DNA from: Thermoplasmata archaeon
Lineage (GTDB): Archaea > Thermoplasmatota > Thermoplasmata > Lutacidiplasmatales > UBA184
Direction of reading: 5' to 3'
Length of the DNA stretch: 64,000 bases
Assembly: GCA_021798415.1 (NCBI GenBank)
Contig: JAJZGO010000002.1
Coordinates: 159 to 64,158, forward strand
Part shown: positions 37,056 through 46,070 of the stretch, in pieces
Layout of the letters: each line of letters opens with the position of its first letter
How positions within the stretch are numbered: position 1 is the stretch's first letter
Notes under the pieces: generated by a model
The model's database searches: none
Told to the model about the DNA's origin: nothing
The model's input: the letters and a program-made list of their open reading frames with translations, nothing else
Made by a program: the position numbers and the translations under genes

Positions 37056-37676
37056 ATGGGCCTCCGAGCGGACGAGCGCACCCTCGCGTCGAGCGGACGG
37101 CTCGACGACCGGGTGCTCGACGCCCTCCAGGGCCTGCCGGGCCGCATGGCGTTCAGCGGGCTACGGCGCGTGCTGGGCGCTCACCCGGAGTCGCTCGCGA
37201 GGTCGCTGCGCCGCCTCGAGCGGGAGGGGCTGGTCGAGCGTGTGGACGGGGGTTACCGGGCCCTTGAGGGGGTCGAACGCTCGGTCGACGAGATGACCTC
37301 GGACCTTCGACCCGTCGCCCAGGTCGACCTCCCGGTCGGAACCTCGGCCGAAATGCTGCTCGGACGCCTGGCCGGGCGATGGTTCGGCGCCCTGCGCTGG
37401 GTCGGCGTGGTCGAGCGGCCGGACGGCCGGCTGCTCTCCTGGGCCCGGCGGGACGGATCGGGCCACGTGCTCCTCGGCATCGACCGCGGCACGCTGCGCG
37501 TCTATCGGCCGAGCGGTGCGCCCGACGAAGAACCGGCCGAGACCGAGGACGCGGCGTACGAGTTGCTCGTTCACGCCGTGGAGGCGCTACGCCCGACCCC
37601 CGGCGCTCCGGGGCCGATCACCTTCCTTCGGCGGCAAGGGTCTCCGGCCCCCCTGTTCGGCTGGGCCGAGAACTGA
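37056..37676 (+). CDS. Winged-HTH transcription regulator with an uncharacterised C-terminal domain
   Basis: AFSGLRRVLGAHPESLARSLRRLEREGLVER. Confidence 0.75.
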   Translation: MGLRADERTLASSGRLDDRVLDALQGLPGRMAFSGLRRVLGAHPESLARSLRRLEREGLVERVDGGYRALEGVERSVDEMTSDLRPVAQVDLPVGTSAEMLLGRLAGRWFGALRWVGVVERPDGRLLSWARRDGSGHVLLGIDRGTLRVYRPSGAPDEEPAETEDAAYELLVHAVEALRPTPGAPGPITFLRRQGSPAPLFGWAEN

Positions 37677-37706
37677 CCCGCGCTCCGTCGTCTCGTCCCC
37701 GAGCTC

Positions 37707-39353
37707 CTAGCGGGCGAGGAACTCCTCGGGATGCTCGGTGAATCGTCGCAGGCAGCTCTCCGCGCAAAAGTAGTACGTCGTGCCGGAGCGCTCCAACCTG
37801 AGCGATGTCGTCGCCGGGTCGACCTCCATGTGGCAGACCGGATCGACCGCGGTCGTCGAGCCCCCGAGACCCGGCTCCGACGTGGCGGGCGGTGGGACGG
37901 TCCCTCGACGACGTTCGACGATCTCGGCGAGGATGCTGAGCGCGATCTCCTCGGGGGTCCGGGCGCCGATATCGAGACCCGCGGGGGCGCGGACCCGGGC
38001 GAGAGCGTCGGAGGGGACGCCGTGGGTGCGCAGCTCCTCGAGCAGGATCCCGGCGCGGCGCCGACTCGCCACGAGCGCCACGTAGGGCGCCGGCGACCGG
38101 ACGAGTGCCTCGAGGGCGAGGCCGTCGTACTCGGCCATCGTCGCCACGACGGCGTAGCTCGTGGGGTCGGCCTTCGCGGCGAGGTCGGCGACGTCGGCGA
38201 CGACCTCGTCGGCGTCGGGGAAGCGGGCGGGATCGAGCCCGGGGCCGGCCACGACCACGCGGTACCCCAAGAGCCGCCCGAGCGCCGAGAGGCCTTCGGC
38301 GACCGCGGACTCCCCGACGACGATCAGCTGGGGCGACGCACCGTGCGGCTCAAGGTAGATGTCCATGGCTCCTCCGCTCTGGCACTGCAAGATCCGGTCG
38401 ACGACGCCGGACGACGGCGGGGGCGCCGGCTCGGCCCCCGGCCGGAGGCGCAGAAGGCGCGGCTGGCCGTCCGCGAGAGCGGCTCGCGACTCGGCCACGA
38501 GCGCGTGCCGCGAGCAGCTTCCCCCGATCCACCCATCGATCGTCCCGTTCTCCCGCACGACCGCCTTGAACCCGGGCTTTCCCGAGGTCGGCGCCGTCAC
38601 GCGGGTCACGATCGCGAGGCAGAACGGTTCCCGGCGCCGCTCGAGCTCCGCGACGAGGCCGAGCACGTCGTCGCGCCCGCGGGTCCGTCGTCGGGCCTTC
38701 GTCATCCCCGACCCAAGGGGTCGGTTCGAGTCGAGCGCGGCCGCGACCTCCGCGAGGTCCGCTCCCCGGGAGAGGGCGGCCTCGACCCGGGCGAGGTCGT
38801 CGGGAGTGTCGAGGTCGACCACGACCCCGGGGTCGTCGACCGGAACCTCCACGGTCTCCTCGGGATGCCGCTGATGGAGGGCCCGGCACCCTCGGTCGCC
38901 CGAGATCCGGTCGACCTCGGTCTCGAGCGTCCGGTCGATCAGCACCGGATTGCCCCGGACCCCGCGGTACGTGGGAAGGACGATGCGGGCCCCGGTGCGC
39001 GCCCGCGCGGCGCGCAGCGCGGCGTACGTCGACGAACGGACGAACGGGGCGTCGCCGAGGACGACGAAGAACGCCCGGGACGACGGGTCGAGCGCGGCGA
39101 CGCCCGCGCGCAGCGAACTGCTCATCCCGTCGCGGAACCTCGGGTTCACGACGACCCGGGCTTCGCCGAGCGGTACCGCGCTCCGGACCCGGTCGGCTTC
39201 GAACCCCAGCACCACGACCGTCTCCCCGACGTCGCTGGCCCGCACCGCGTCCAGGACGTGGGCCAGGAGCGGTCGACCGTCGAGCTCGACCAAGGGTTTC
39301 GGCGCGCCCATCCGCGTCGAGGCACCTGCCGCAAGAACCACGGCGGAGATCAT
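37707..39353 (-). CDS. MocA-like nucleotidyltransferase, XdhC and YHS fusion protein
   Basis: LAAGASTRMG..K, GMSSSL, GDAP, DLDTPDD; GWIGGSC, CQSGG, AGLDIGARTPEEIALS; DPVCHMEV...YYFCAESC. Confidence 0.88.
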   Translation of the reverse strand: MISAVVLAAGASTRMGAPKPLVELDGRPLLAHVLDAVRASDVGETVVVLGFEADRVRSAVPLGEARVVVNPRFRDGMSSSLRAGVAALDPSSRAFFVVLGDAPFVRSSTYAALRAARARTGARIVLPTYRGVRGNPVLIDRTLETEVDRISGDRGCRALHQRHPEETVEVPVDDPGVVVDLDTPDDLARVEAALSRGADLAEVAAALDSNRPLGSGMTKARRRTRGRDDVLGLVAELERRREPFCLAIVTRVTAPTSGKPGFKAVVRENGTIDGWIGGSCSRHALVAESRAALADGQPRLLRLRPGAEPAPPPSSGVVDRILQCQSGGAMDIYLEPHGASPQLIVVGESAVAEGLSALGRLLGYRVVVAGPGLDPARFPDADEVVADVADLAAKADPTSYAVVATMAEYDGLALEALVRSPAPYVALVASRRRAGILLEELRTHGVPSDALARVRAPAGLDIGARTPEEIALSILAEIVERRRGTVPPPATSEPGLGGSTTAVDPVCHMEVDPATTSLRLERSGTTYYFCAESCLRRFTEHPEEFLAR

Positions 39354-39506
39354 CGGAGTCGGACGCCCGCGTGGCCCCGCGAACCAGCGCCTCCGGGCCG
39401 CGTAGGGGGTTGCCCGCTCTTAATCCCTCGTCGGTGGGATCGGTCGGAGTCCGACGCGGTCCCCGGGGCGAGCTAAAGGCGGGCGGGGAGTGACCTCGGG
39501 CGCTCG

Positions 39507-40331
39507 ATGTCCGCTCTTGAGACGTCCGACCGGGTGGTCGGAGCCCTTCCGTCGACCCCGCGGGCCCCGGCGCTCGAGGTCCGACACGTATCGAAGTCCT
39601 ACGGCCCCGTGCGCGCGCTCGTGGACGTGAGCTTCGACGTGCCCGCGGGCCAGATCGTCGGGCTCCTCGGCCCCAACGGGGCCGGGAAGTCGACCACCAT
39701 GAAAGCGGTCCTCGGACTGATCAGGCCGGACGCGGGCGAGATCCGCCTCTTCGGACGGGAGGTCCGGGAGGACCCGGTCGAGGCGAAGCGCGACATCGGC
39801 TACGTGCCGGAGTCACCGGCCCTGTACGAGTTCCTGACCGGCGCGGAGTACCTTGACTTCGTCGCCGACATGTACGGTCTTTCTCTCGCGGTCCGCCAGG
39901 AACGCCTCCCTCAGTTCCTCGTCGGGCTCGAGCTCGCCGGCCACGAGGACAGCCTCATCAGCGGCTACTCCCAAGGTATGAAGCAGAAGATCGCGCTCAT
40001 CGCCGCGCTCGCCCATCACCCCCGCCTGCTGGTGCTCGACGAGCCGCTGAACGGCCTCGACCCCCGCTCCGCCCGCGTCACGAAGGACGTGCTGGCGAAC
40101 CTCGCGGCCTCCGAGGGGGTCGGTGTCCTGTTCAGCACCCACGTGCTCGAGATCGCCGAGGCGATCTGCGACCGCGTCGTGATCCTCCACCGCGGCGCGG
40201 TGCTCGCGAGCGGCACCGTCGGGACGCTGCGCGAACGCGCGGGCCTCCCGGGCTCGGGACTGGAGGACGTCTTCCTCGCGCTCACCGGCACCGACGACCT
40301 CACGGACGTGGTGAAGGGGCTCGTCCGGTAG
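39507..40331 (+). CDS. ABC transporter ATP-binding protein
   Basis: GPNGAGKST, YSQGMKQK, LVLDEP, STH. Confidence 0.95.
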   Translation: MSALETSDRVVGALPSTPRAPALEVRHVSKSYGPVRALVDVSFDVPAGQIVGLLGPNGAGKSTTMKAVLGLIRPDAGEIRLFGREVREDPVEAKRDIGYVPESPALYEFLTGAEYLDFVADMYGLSLAVRQERLPQFLVGLELAGHEDSLISGYSQGMKQKIALIAALAHHPRLLVLDEPLNGLDPRSARVTKDVLANLAASEGVGVLFSTHVLEIAEAICDRVVILHRGAVLASGTVGTLRERAGLPGSGLEDVFLALTGTDDLTDVVKGLVR

Positions 40332-40337
40332 GCTCGC

Positions 40338-41936
40338 ATGGATCTGCACCGGGTCCGTCGGCTTTCCGAGGTCCTCGTCGTCTCGCAACTGCGCAGCGGC
40401 CGCAGCACCTCCGATCCCAAGAGCTTCCTCGGGCGGCCGGTCCTCCTGGCGGTCGTGGACGTGGCGGCGTTCCTCGTCGCCTTCTCGCTCGCCGAGTTCG
40501 TCCTCGCCTCCGCGAGGCTGCCCGCCGCGACGCTCGCCGCGGTCGCGAACCAGATCGTCCCGTACTTTCCGCTGCTCTCCGCCTCCGTGGTGCTGGTCGC
40601 CGGCGTGATGTTCGAACTGACCGCGACCGCGAAGTTCTCGGGAAGCGACGCGGCGAACTGGCTTCCTCTCACCGCCGCCGAGTACGTCGCCGCCTCGGCG
40701 AGCGCGATCGCCTACACCTACTCGTTCGGGGTCGCGGTCATTCTCGGGGGGCTCCTGTCGATCGCTCTCGCGGCGGGAACGATGTCCACGTTCGCGCTGA
40801 CGGCGGCCCTGAGCGTCCTCGCGCTCTTCGAAGGGGCCCTCCTGGTCGAGATGGTTCGGTCGGTCAGTCAGCGAGCCGGGTCGGTCCGACTCGGCCGCGG
40901 GGGCCGCCTGACGCTCGTCCTGCGGGCCCTCGTGCTGGCCGTCGTCATCCTCGCGATCCAACTCCTCGTGAACCCGGTCTTCCTCTTCGCGAGCCTCCAC
41001 GCGCTCTCGTCCGTCGCCTACGCGAGCGCGCTCGTCCCGTTCCTGTGGTCGACCGAGGCGCTCCTCCTCTGGACCCAGGGCGCGGTGCTCGTGGCGCTCG
41101 CCTACGCGCTCGGGCAGGTCCTTTTCGTCGCGGCCCTCCTCTACGCCGCCGCTCGACTCCGGGTCCGTTTCTGGGTGCCGTCCGCGGTCGAGGTCCGCTT
41201 CGAGCCTCGCCGGTCTCCCTCGGGCCACCGGGGCCTCGCCGCCCTCGGCCTGGCGCCCAACGAGGCCGCGCTGGTCGCCAAGGACCTCCGCGGGCTCACG
41301 CGCCGACGCGAGATGCTTCCCATGCTGGTGCTCCCGATCGTCCTGGTCGTCCTCGTGTTCGTCGAAGGACCGTTCCTAGGGGCGGAGGGCTCGGTCGTCT
41401 GGGTCGGCTGGGCCGCCGGGTTCTTCGCGCTCCTCGTCTCGGCGACCTCGGTCGGGCAGGAACGACGGTCCCTCCAATTCCTCTACGCGCTACCGATCGC
41501 CCCGCGGAACGTCGCCCGCGCGAAGGTCGTCGCGGTCCTTCTGCCGGCCCTCCTCGTCGCGGCCGGGGTTTCCGTGCTGGTCGGTCTCGTCGTTCACCTT
41601 GCGCCGGTCGCGGTCGGCGGGACGGTCCTCCTGGCCGGGGGTGCCACCGTCGCGCTCGCGCTCTGGGGGCTCGTGTTCGCCGCACGGTTCTCGGACTTCC
41701 AGGACCGGCCGCGACCCCAGTACCTGCGACCCGCCGCCATGCTCGCGGCGATGGGGTCCGGCATGGTGGTTCTTTTTGCGATCGTCGTTCCCGGCGCCCT
41801 CGTCATCGCCCAGCCGAGCGTCGACCCCGCGATCCGCATCGGCCTCGCGCTCGCGACCGTGGTCGTCTCGAGCGCCACGGCCGCCCACTGGGTGAGGACC
41901 GGGTTCGACCGACTGTTCCGCGAGCTCCCCGTCTGA
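40338..41936 (+). CDS. ABC-2 type exporter permease
   Basis: About 12-14 TM segments; KDLRGLTR; follows the ATPase. Confidence 0.8.
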   Translation: MDLHRVRRLSEVLVVSQLRSGRSTSDPKSFLGRPVLLAVVDVAAFLVAFSLAEFVLASARLPAATLAAVANQIVPYFPLLSASVVLVAGVMFELTATAKFSGSDAANWLPLTAAEYVAASASAIAYTYSFGVAVILGGLLSIALAAGTMSTFALTAALSVLALFEGALLVEMVRSVSQRAGSVRLGRGGRLTLVLRALVLAVVILAIQLLVNPVFLFASLHALSSVAYASALVPFLWSTEALLLWTQGAVLVALAYALGQVLFVAALLYAAARLRVRFWVPSAVEVRFEPRRSPSGHRGLAALGLAPNEAALVAKDLRGLTRRREMLPMLVLPIVLVVLVFVEGPFLGAEGSVVWVGWAAGFFALLVSATSVGQERRSLQFLYALPIAPRNVARAKVVAVLLPALLVAAGVSVLVGLVVHLAPVAVGGTVLLAGGATVALALWGLVFAARFSDFQDRPRPQYLRPAAMLAAMGSGMVVLFAIVVPGALVIAQPSVDPAIRIGLALATVVVSSATAAHWVRTGFDRLFRELPV

Positions 41937-41948
41937 CCGGACCGAAGG

Positions 41949-42428
41949 CTACAGGGGCGCGCCGCAGAACGGGCATCGGCGGTCCGACTCCTGACCGAGG
42001 TTGCCGCAGTAGCGGCAGCGTACCTTGACGACCGGGCGCTCGCCGATACCGGGGCCCGATGCGTCGGGGCCCGGCCGCACGGGCACCGCGCGCCGCGCGT
42101 CCGCGATCGATCCGGCCCACTCCCCGGGCTCGAGGAGGTCGAACGCCGGCCGCCCGCGCGCGAGGTCGAGGACGAGGCGGGGCCCTCGGATCCGGCCCGG
42201 GCGGATCGACAGGTGCCGGAGCTCCTCGAGCGGGACGTCGAGCACGATCTCGGTCTCGCGATCCGAGACGAGGTCCCGGACGAACCCGCGGGAGATGCGG
42301 GACTCGAACACGAGCCGGCGGTTCGTGAGGTAGAGAACGCCCGGGCGGCGCCCCGGGAAGGCGGGGCCTCCGCCGTCGAGGACCGCGTACGCGCTGCGCA
42401 CGAGATGCTCGCCCGAGTGGAGCAGCAT
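41949..42428 (-). CDS. PH/GRAM-like domain protein with C-terminal zinc ribbon
   Basis: GVLYLTNRRLVF; CRYCG...CPFCGA. Confidence 0.75.
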   Translation of the reverse strand: MLLHSGEHLVRSAYAVLDGGGPAFPGRRPGVLYLTNRRLVFESRISRGFVRDLVSDRETEIVLDVPLEELRHLSIRPGRIRGPRLVLDLARGRPAFDLLEPGEWAGSIADARRAVPVRPGPDASGPGIGERPVVKVRCRYCGNLGQESDRRCPFCGAPL

Positions 42429-42454
42429 GCGGGGGCCCCGAGCGCGCCCCGGGG

Positions 42455-43261
42455 CTAATACTCTCGCCGCCGGGGACCCGACGACCGGGGCCGCGCGTGC
42501 GCGTCGCGAAGCGCGGCCCGCAGCTTCGGCGACGATCGCTCGGTCGCGACGGTGATCGCCACCGGCGCGAGGTCACGAACGTGCGCGAAGAGGAAGCGCT
42601 CCGTCCGAGGTCCGTCGACCTTCCCGCACTCCCGGAGCCACGTCCCCACGGCCCGCTGGACCCACCGCTCGGGATCTCGGGCGAGGCGGTCGAGAAGGAC
42701 GAACGGCCGGTCGAGCTCGCCGGAGCGGACGAGCCCGTTCATCGCGTAGGCCGCGGCCCTCCGTCGCCAGAGGTTCGGCGACCCGGTCCAGCCGAGGATC
42801 TCCCGGAAGCGACGGGGGTCGGCCGCGAGCCCCCGCGATATCGGTCCCGAGGCGAGGCTATCGGAGAGGGCCCAGCCGCTCGCGGTGTCGACGAACCGGT
42901 CGGCGAGCCTCCACGTCGCGTGATCGGCGCGGCCGATACCGGCCCGCACGAGGATCTCGATCGCGACGGCCCGTTCCTCGAACCAACGGCCGGCCCAGAG
43001 CGCCCGGAGGACGTCCCGCAACGTCCCGCGGTTCGGCGGCTCCGCGCGGCGCCAGAACTCCCGGGCGATCCGGCGAATCTCGGGGGCCCGGACGCCCCGG
43101 ACGGGGAGCGGAGAGCCAAGGTACGCGCGCAGCGCCGGGTGGGCGGGTCGCCTCGGCGCCTTGGCGAGCGTCCGGGCGAGCTCCGCGGCGAGGCGGGGCG
43201 CGGCAGCGGCTCCCGGCGACGGGGCCGACCGGCCCCGTCGTTCACCAGCCCGAGGGGGCAT
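42455..43261 (-). CDS. AlkD-family DNA alkylation repair glycosylase
   Basis: GVRAPEIRRIA, WALSD, NLWRRRAA, VQRAVGTWLRE. Confidence 0.82.
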   Translation of the reverse strand: MPPRAGERRGRSAPSPGAAAAPRLAAELARTLAKAPRRPAHPALRAYLGSPLPVRGVRAPEIRRIAREFWRRAEPPNRGTLRDVLRALWAGRWFEERAVAIEILVRAGIGRADHATWRLADRFVDTASGWALSDSLASGPISRGLAADPRRFREILGWTGSPNLWRRRAAAYAMNGLVRSGELDRPFVLLDRLARDPERWVQRAVGTWLRECGKVDGPRTERFLFAHVRDLAPVAITVATERSSPKLRAALRDAHARPRSSGPRRREY

Positions 43262-44978
43262 CGCGGTTCTGTTCGTCCAGCCAGCGCTTGAGCGGGGCGA
43301 AGTATTCGAGGAGACCTCGCGCGCTCATCGTCCGTTCGCCCGCGATCGCCTCGAGGGCGGACGGCCATTCCTCGCTCTGCCCCATCTCGAGCATCGTTCG
43401 CAATCGTCGTCCGGCGGCGAGCGAGCCGTAGATCGAGGTCCGGTGGAGCGGGCCGGTCGCCCCCATCTCCCGCGCGAGCGCCCGGTGGAACTGGAACTGG
43501 AGGATGTGCGCGAGGAAGTAGCGCATGTACGGGACGTTCGCGGGCACGTGGTACTTGGCGCCCGGGTCGAACTCGCCCTCGGTCCGCTCGCCCGGCGGCG
43601 CGACCCCCTGGTAGCGCCGTCGGATCTCCCACCAGGCCCGGTTGTACTGCTCGGGCGGGACCGCGCCCGAGAAGACGTCCCACCGCCACGCGTCGACGCT
43701 CAGGCCGAAGGGAAGGAACGCGACCTTTTCGAGCGCGCGGTGGAGAAGGAGCCCGATGTCGTCGTCCGGCGGAGAGGTCTCGTCCACGAGCCCGATCCGC
43801 GCGAGGTACTCGGGAGTGACCGAGAGCGAGATCGTGTCGCCGACCGCCTCGTGGAAGCCGTCGTGGGCGCTGTCCCGGAAGAGGAACGGCTGGCGCGCGT
43901 AGGCCCGCTGGTAGTAGTTGTGCCCGAGCTCGTGGTGGATCGTGCGGAAGTCCTCGCCGGTCGCCTCGATGCACATCTTGATGCGCAGGTCGTCCGCGAA
44001 GTCGACGTCCCACGCGCTCGCGTGGCAGACGACCTCGCGGTCGCGCGGCCGCACGAGCATCGACCGCTCCCAGAACGAGGCCGGCAGCGGGTCGAAACCG
44101 AGCGACACGAAGAACCGCTCGGCGTAGCGGACCATCTCCACGGGGGTCGTCTTCCGCTCGAGGAGGATCTTCGTGAGGTCGATCGCCGGCCGCGTCTCCC
44201 TCGGCGCGAGAAGGGGATAGATCCCCTCCCACGACTGCGCCCACATGTTGCCGAGAAGGTGGGCGGGGATCGGTCCACTTTCGGGCACCCGGTCCGGTCC
44301 GAATGTGTCGCGCAACCGCCGCCGGACGTAGGAGTGGAGGGCCACGTAGAGCGGGCGGACCTCCTCCCAGAGGCGGTCGACCTCCCGGGAGAACGCGGCC
44401 GGCTCCATGTCGTACTTCGACCGCCACATCGCTCCCGTGTCCTCGAACCCGAGCTCCCGCGCGCCTCGGTTCGCGAGGTCGACGTACCGCACGAACTCCG
44501 GGCGCATCGCGCGACCGACCCGGTGCCAGCCGGTCCACGCGTCCTCGAGCACGTCGGGGTCGCGGCTCTCGAGAAGGATGTGCGAAAGGCCCTGGAGGTC
44601 GGCCGAATCGGTCGCGCCCTTGGGCACGTGCCGACCCTTCGCGTACTTCCCCTGCATCGTCGCGACGAGCCGGGTGAGCTCCTCCGAGTCGGCCGCGTCG
44701 GAGGGGGCGACCAGCGTCAGCATCAGGCGCAGCAGCTTGACCTTCCGAGCGTCGGGAGACGAGGCGTCGGCGGGCGGGAGCCGGGTCGTCTCCTTGGCGA
44801 GGTCGACGGTGGTCGCGATGAGCCGCGCGTACGCGCGCGCGGACAAGGCCTCGCTGTCGGGGGTGATGTAGGTCGAATAGATCCACTCGGCCCGCTGGGC
44901 GTCGATCGACATCTCCAGCAACCGGCTCTCGGCGCGTTCGAGGAGTCGCTCGATCTCGGAGCCGGTCGACAGCGCCAT
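43242..44978 (-). CDS. Peptidase M2 (ACE-like peptidyl-dipeptidase)
   Basis: PAHLLGNMWAQSW, CHASAWD, HHELGH, GFHEAVGD, FDPGAKYH, YMRYF. Confidence 0.95.
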   Translation of the reverse strand: MALSTGSEIERLLERAESRLLEMSIDAQRAEWIYSTYITPDSEALSARAYARLIATTVDLAKETTRLPPADASSPDARKVKLLRLMLTLVAPSDAADSEELTRLVATMQGKYAKGRHVPKGATDSADLQGLSHILLESRDPDVLEDAWTGWHRVGRAMRPEFVRYVDLANRGARELGFEDTGAMWRSKYDMEPAAFSREVDRLWEEVRPLYVALHSYVRRRLRDTFGPDRVPESGPIPAHLLGNMWAQSWEGIYPLLAPRETRPAIDLTKILLERKTTPVEMVRYAERFFVSLGFDPLPASFWERSMLVRPRDREVVCHASAWDVDFADDLRIKMCIEATGEDFRTIHHELGHNYYQRAYARQPFLFRDSAHDGFHEAVGDTISLSVTPEYLARIGLVDETSPPDDDIGLLLHRALEKVAFLPFGLSVDAWRWDVFSGAVPPEQYNRAWWEIRRRYQGVAPPGERTEGEFDPGAKYHVPANVPYMRYFLAHILQFQFHRALAREMGATGPLHRTSIYGSLAAGRRLRTMLEMGQSEEWPSALEAIAGERTMSARGLLEYFAPLKRWLDEQNRDAPSGW

Positions 44979-45161
44979 CGACCCCGGCAGACCGACCTGC
45001 CCTTTTTACTCGACGGGATGAACCGGCGGGGCCGACCGCGACCGCGCGTCCGCCGTACGTCGGCTCTCGATCCCTGACGTGGGAGCCCCCCGGAACCCCT
45101 CTGCTTCGTGTCCAACTTCGGGCTTTATGTATGACGTGCGTCTGACACGCGCCCGAGGACC

Positions 45162-45317
45162 GTGTCGGACAGACAGGAAGGGCTGGGAATCCTCGCGGCG
45201 CTGCCCCTGGGGGCGATGGGGTTCGGCGAAGAGTACTGCCCTCTCGCGGCACTTCCGTGCCGAGACGCCCTGACCCCCGAACGTTCCGCCACCGGTACCG
45301 AGGGGTCGTGGCGATAG
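45162..45317 (+). CDS. Putative microprotein (51 aa)
   Basis: GTG after TTTATGTA box and GAGGA; MSDRQEGLGILAALPLGAMGFGEEYCP... Confidence 0.3.
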   Translation: MSDRQEGLGILAALPLGAMGFGEEYCPLAALPCRDALTPERSATGTEGSWR

Positions 45318-45520
45318 AGGGTCGGAAGCCGCCGGTCGTCCCCGCAGGGCCCGCCCCTCCACCGGTCATCCTCGGCCAGGGAAGCCCTCGAGGTTACGGG
45401 ATGCGACCGAAGCTCTCGCTCGAAGCGGCCGCCGCGTTCGCGACGTACGTCGACTCCGCGCGCGCCCGGGCGGCGATCGAGGGCCGAACGCTCGTCTATA
45501 CGGTCCGCTGGAACGGCTAA
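45308..45520 (+). CDS. Putative microprotein (70 aa; alternative ATG at 45401)
   Basis: Overlaps the previous ORF; protein-like C-terminal half LSLEAAAAFATYVDS...TLVYTVRW. Confidence 0.4.
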   Translation: MAIEGRKPPVVPAGPAPPPVILGQGSPRGYGMRPKLSLEAAAAFATYVDSARARAAIEGRTLVYTVRWNG

Positions 45521-46070
45521 GCCCCGTCCGGACCGGGCGGTTCGTCGTCCGTCGCCACCTCGACCGGGGACTCCGGCCGGTATCGCTTCGTGTCCGCGCT
45601 GGCCTCTTCGAGCGCCCGTTTCGAGAGCTCGTCGGCCCGTTCGTTCCGCTCGCGCGGGACCCACTCGAACTCGACCGAAGTGAACGATCTCGTGAGCTGG
45701 CGCAGGCGGTCGTGGTACGCCCGCAGGTGCTCCGCTCGGACCCGGTACGAGCCGTCCATCTGGCGCACGACAAGCTGGCTGTCGCCGTACGCGCGCACCG
45801 CCCCGCGGTAGCCGTGCTCCGCGAGCCACTCGAGCGCTCGGATCGCGGCGACGTACTCGGCCACGTTGTTGGTCGAGTGCGGGGAGAACGGCCGTACCGC
45901 GAGCCCGCACTCCTCGTGATGGAACCCCCCTCCCTCGACCGTGTACCCCCAGGTCGCGACGCCGCCGCCCTTCGGCGGGTCGCACGCTCCGTCAAAGTGG
46001 AGCTCGACCGTCCGCGGGTCGAACGGGACGACGCCGCGCGGGACCTGAGGGTCGTCGGGGATGGGGTCAC
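45517..46070 (-). CDS. rnhA: Ribonuclease HI; catalytic frame lacks a start codon, apparent 1-nt frameshift near the 5' end
   Basis: ELHFDGAC, TNNVAEY, GDSQLVV, WVPRERNERADELS; GTG at 46070 is out of frame with these motifs. Confidence 0.85.

Noticed and set aside
45391-45400. GGTTACGGG matching the core of the module motif
   Set aside because: Lacks the flanking CCAA and CTTG..CCAAAA elements
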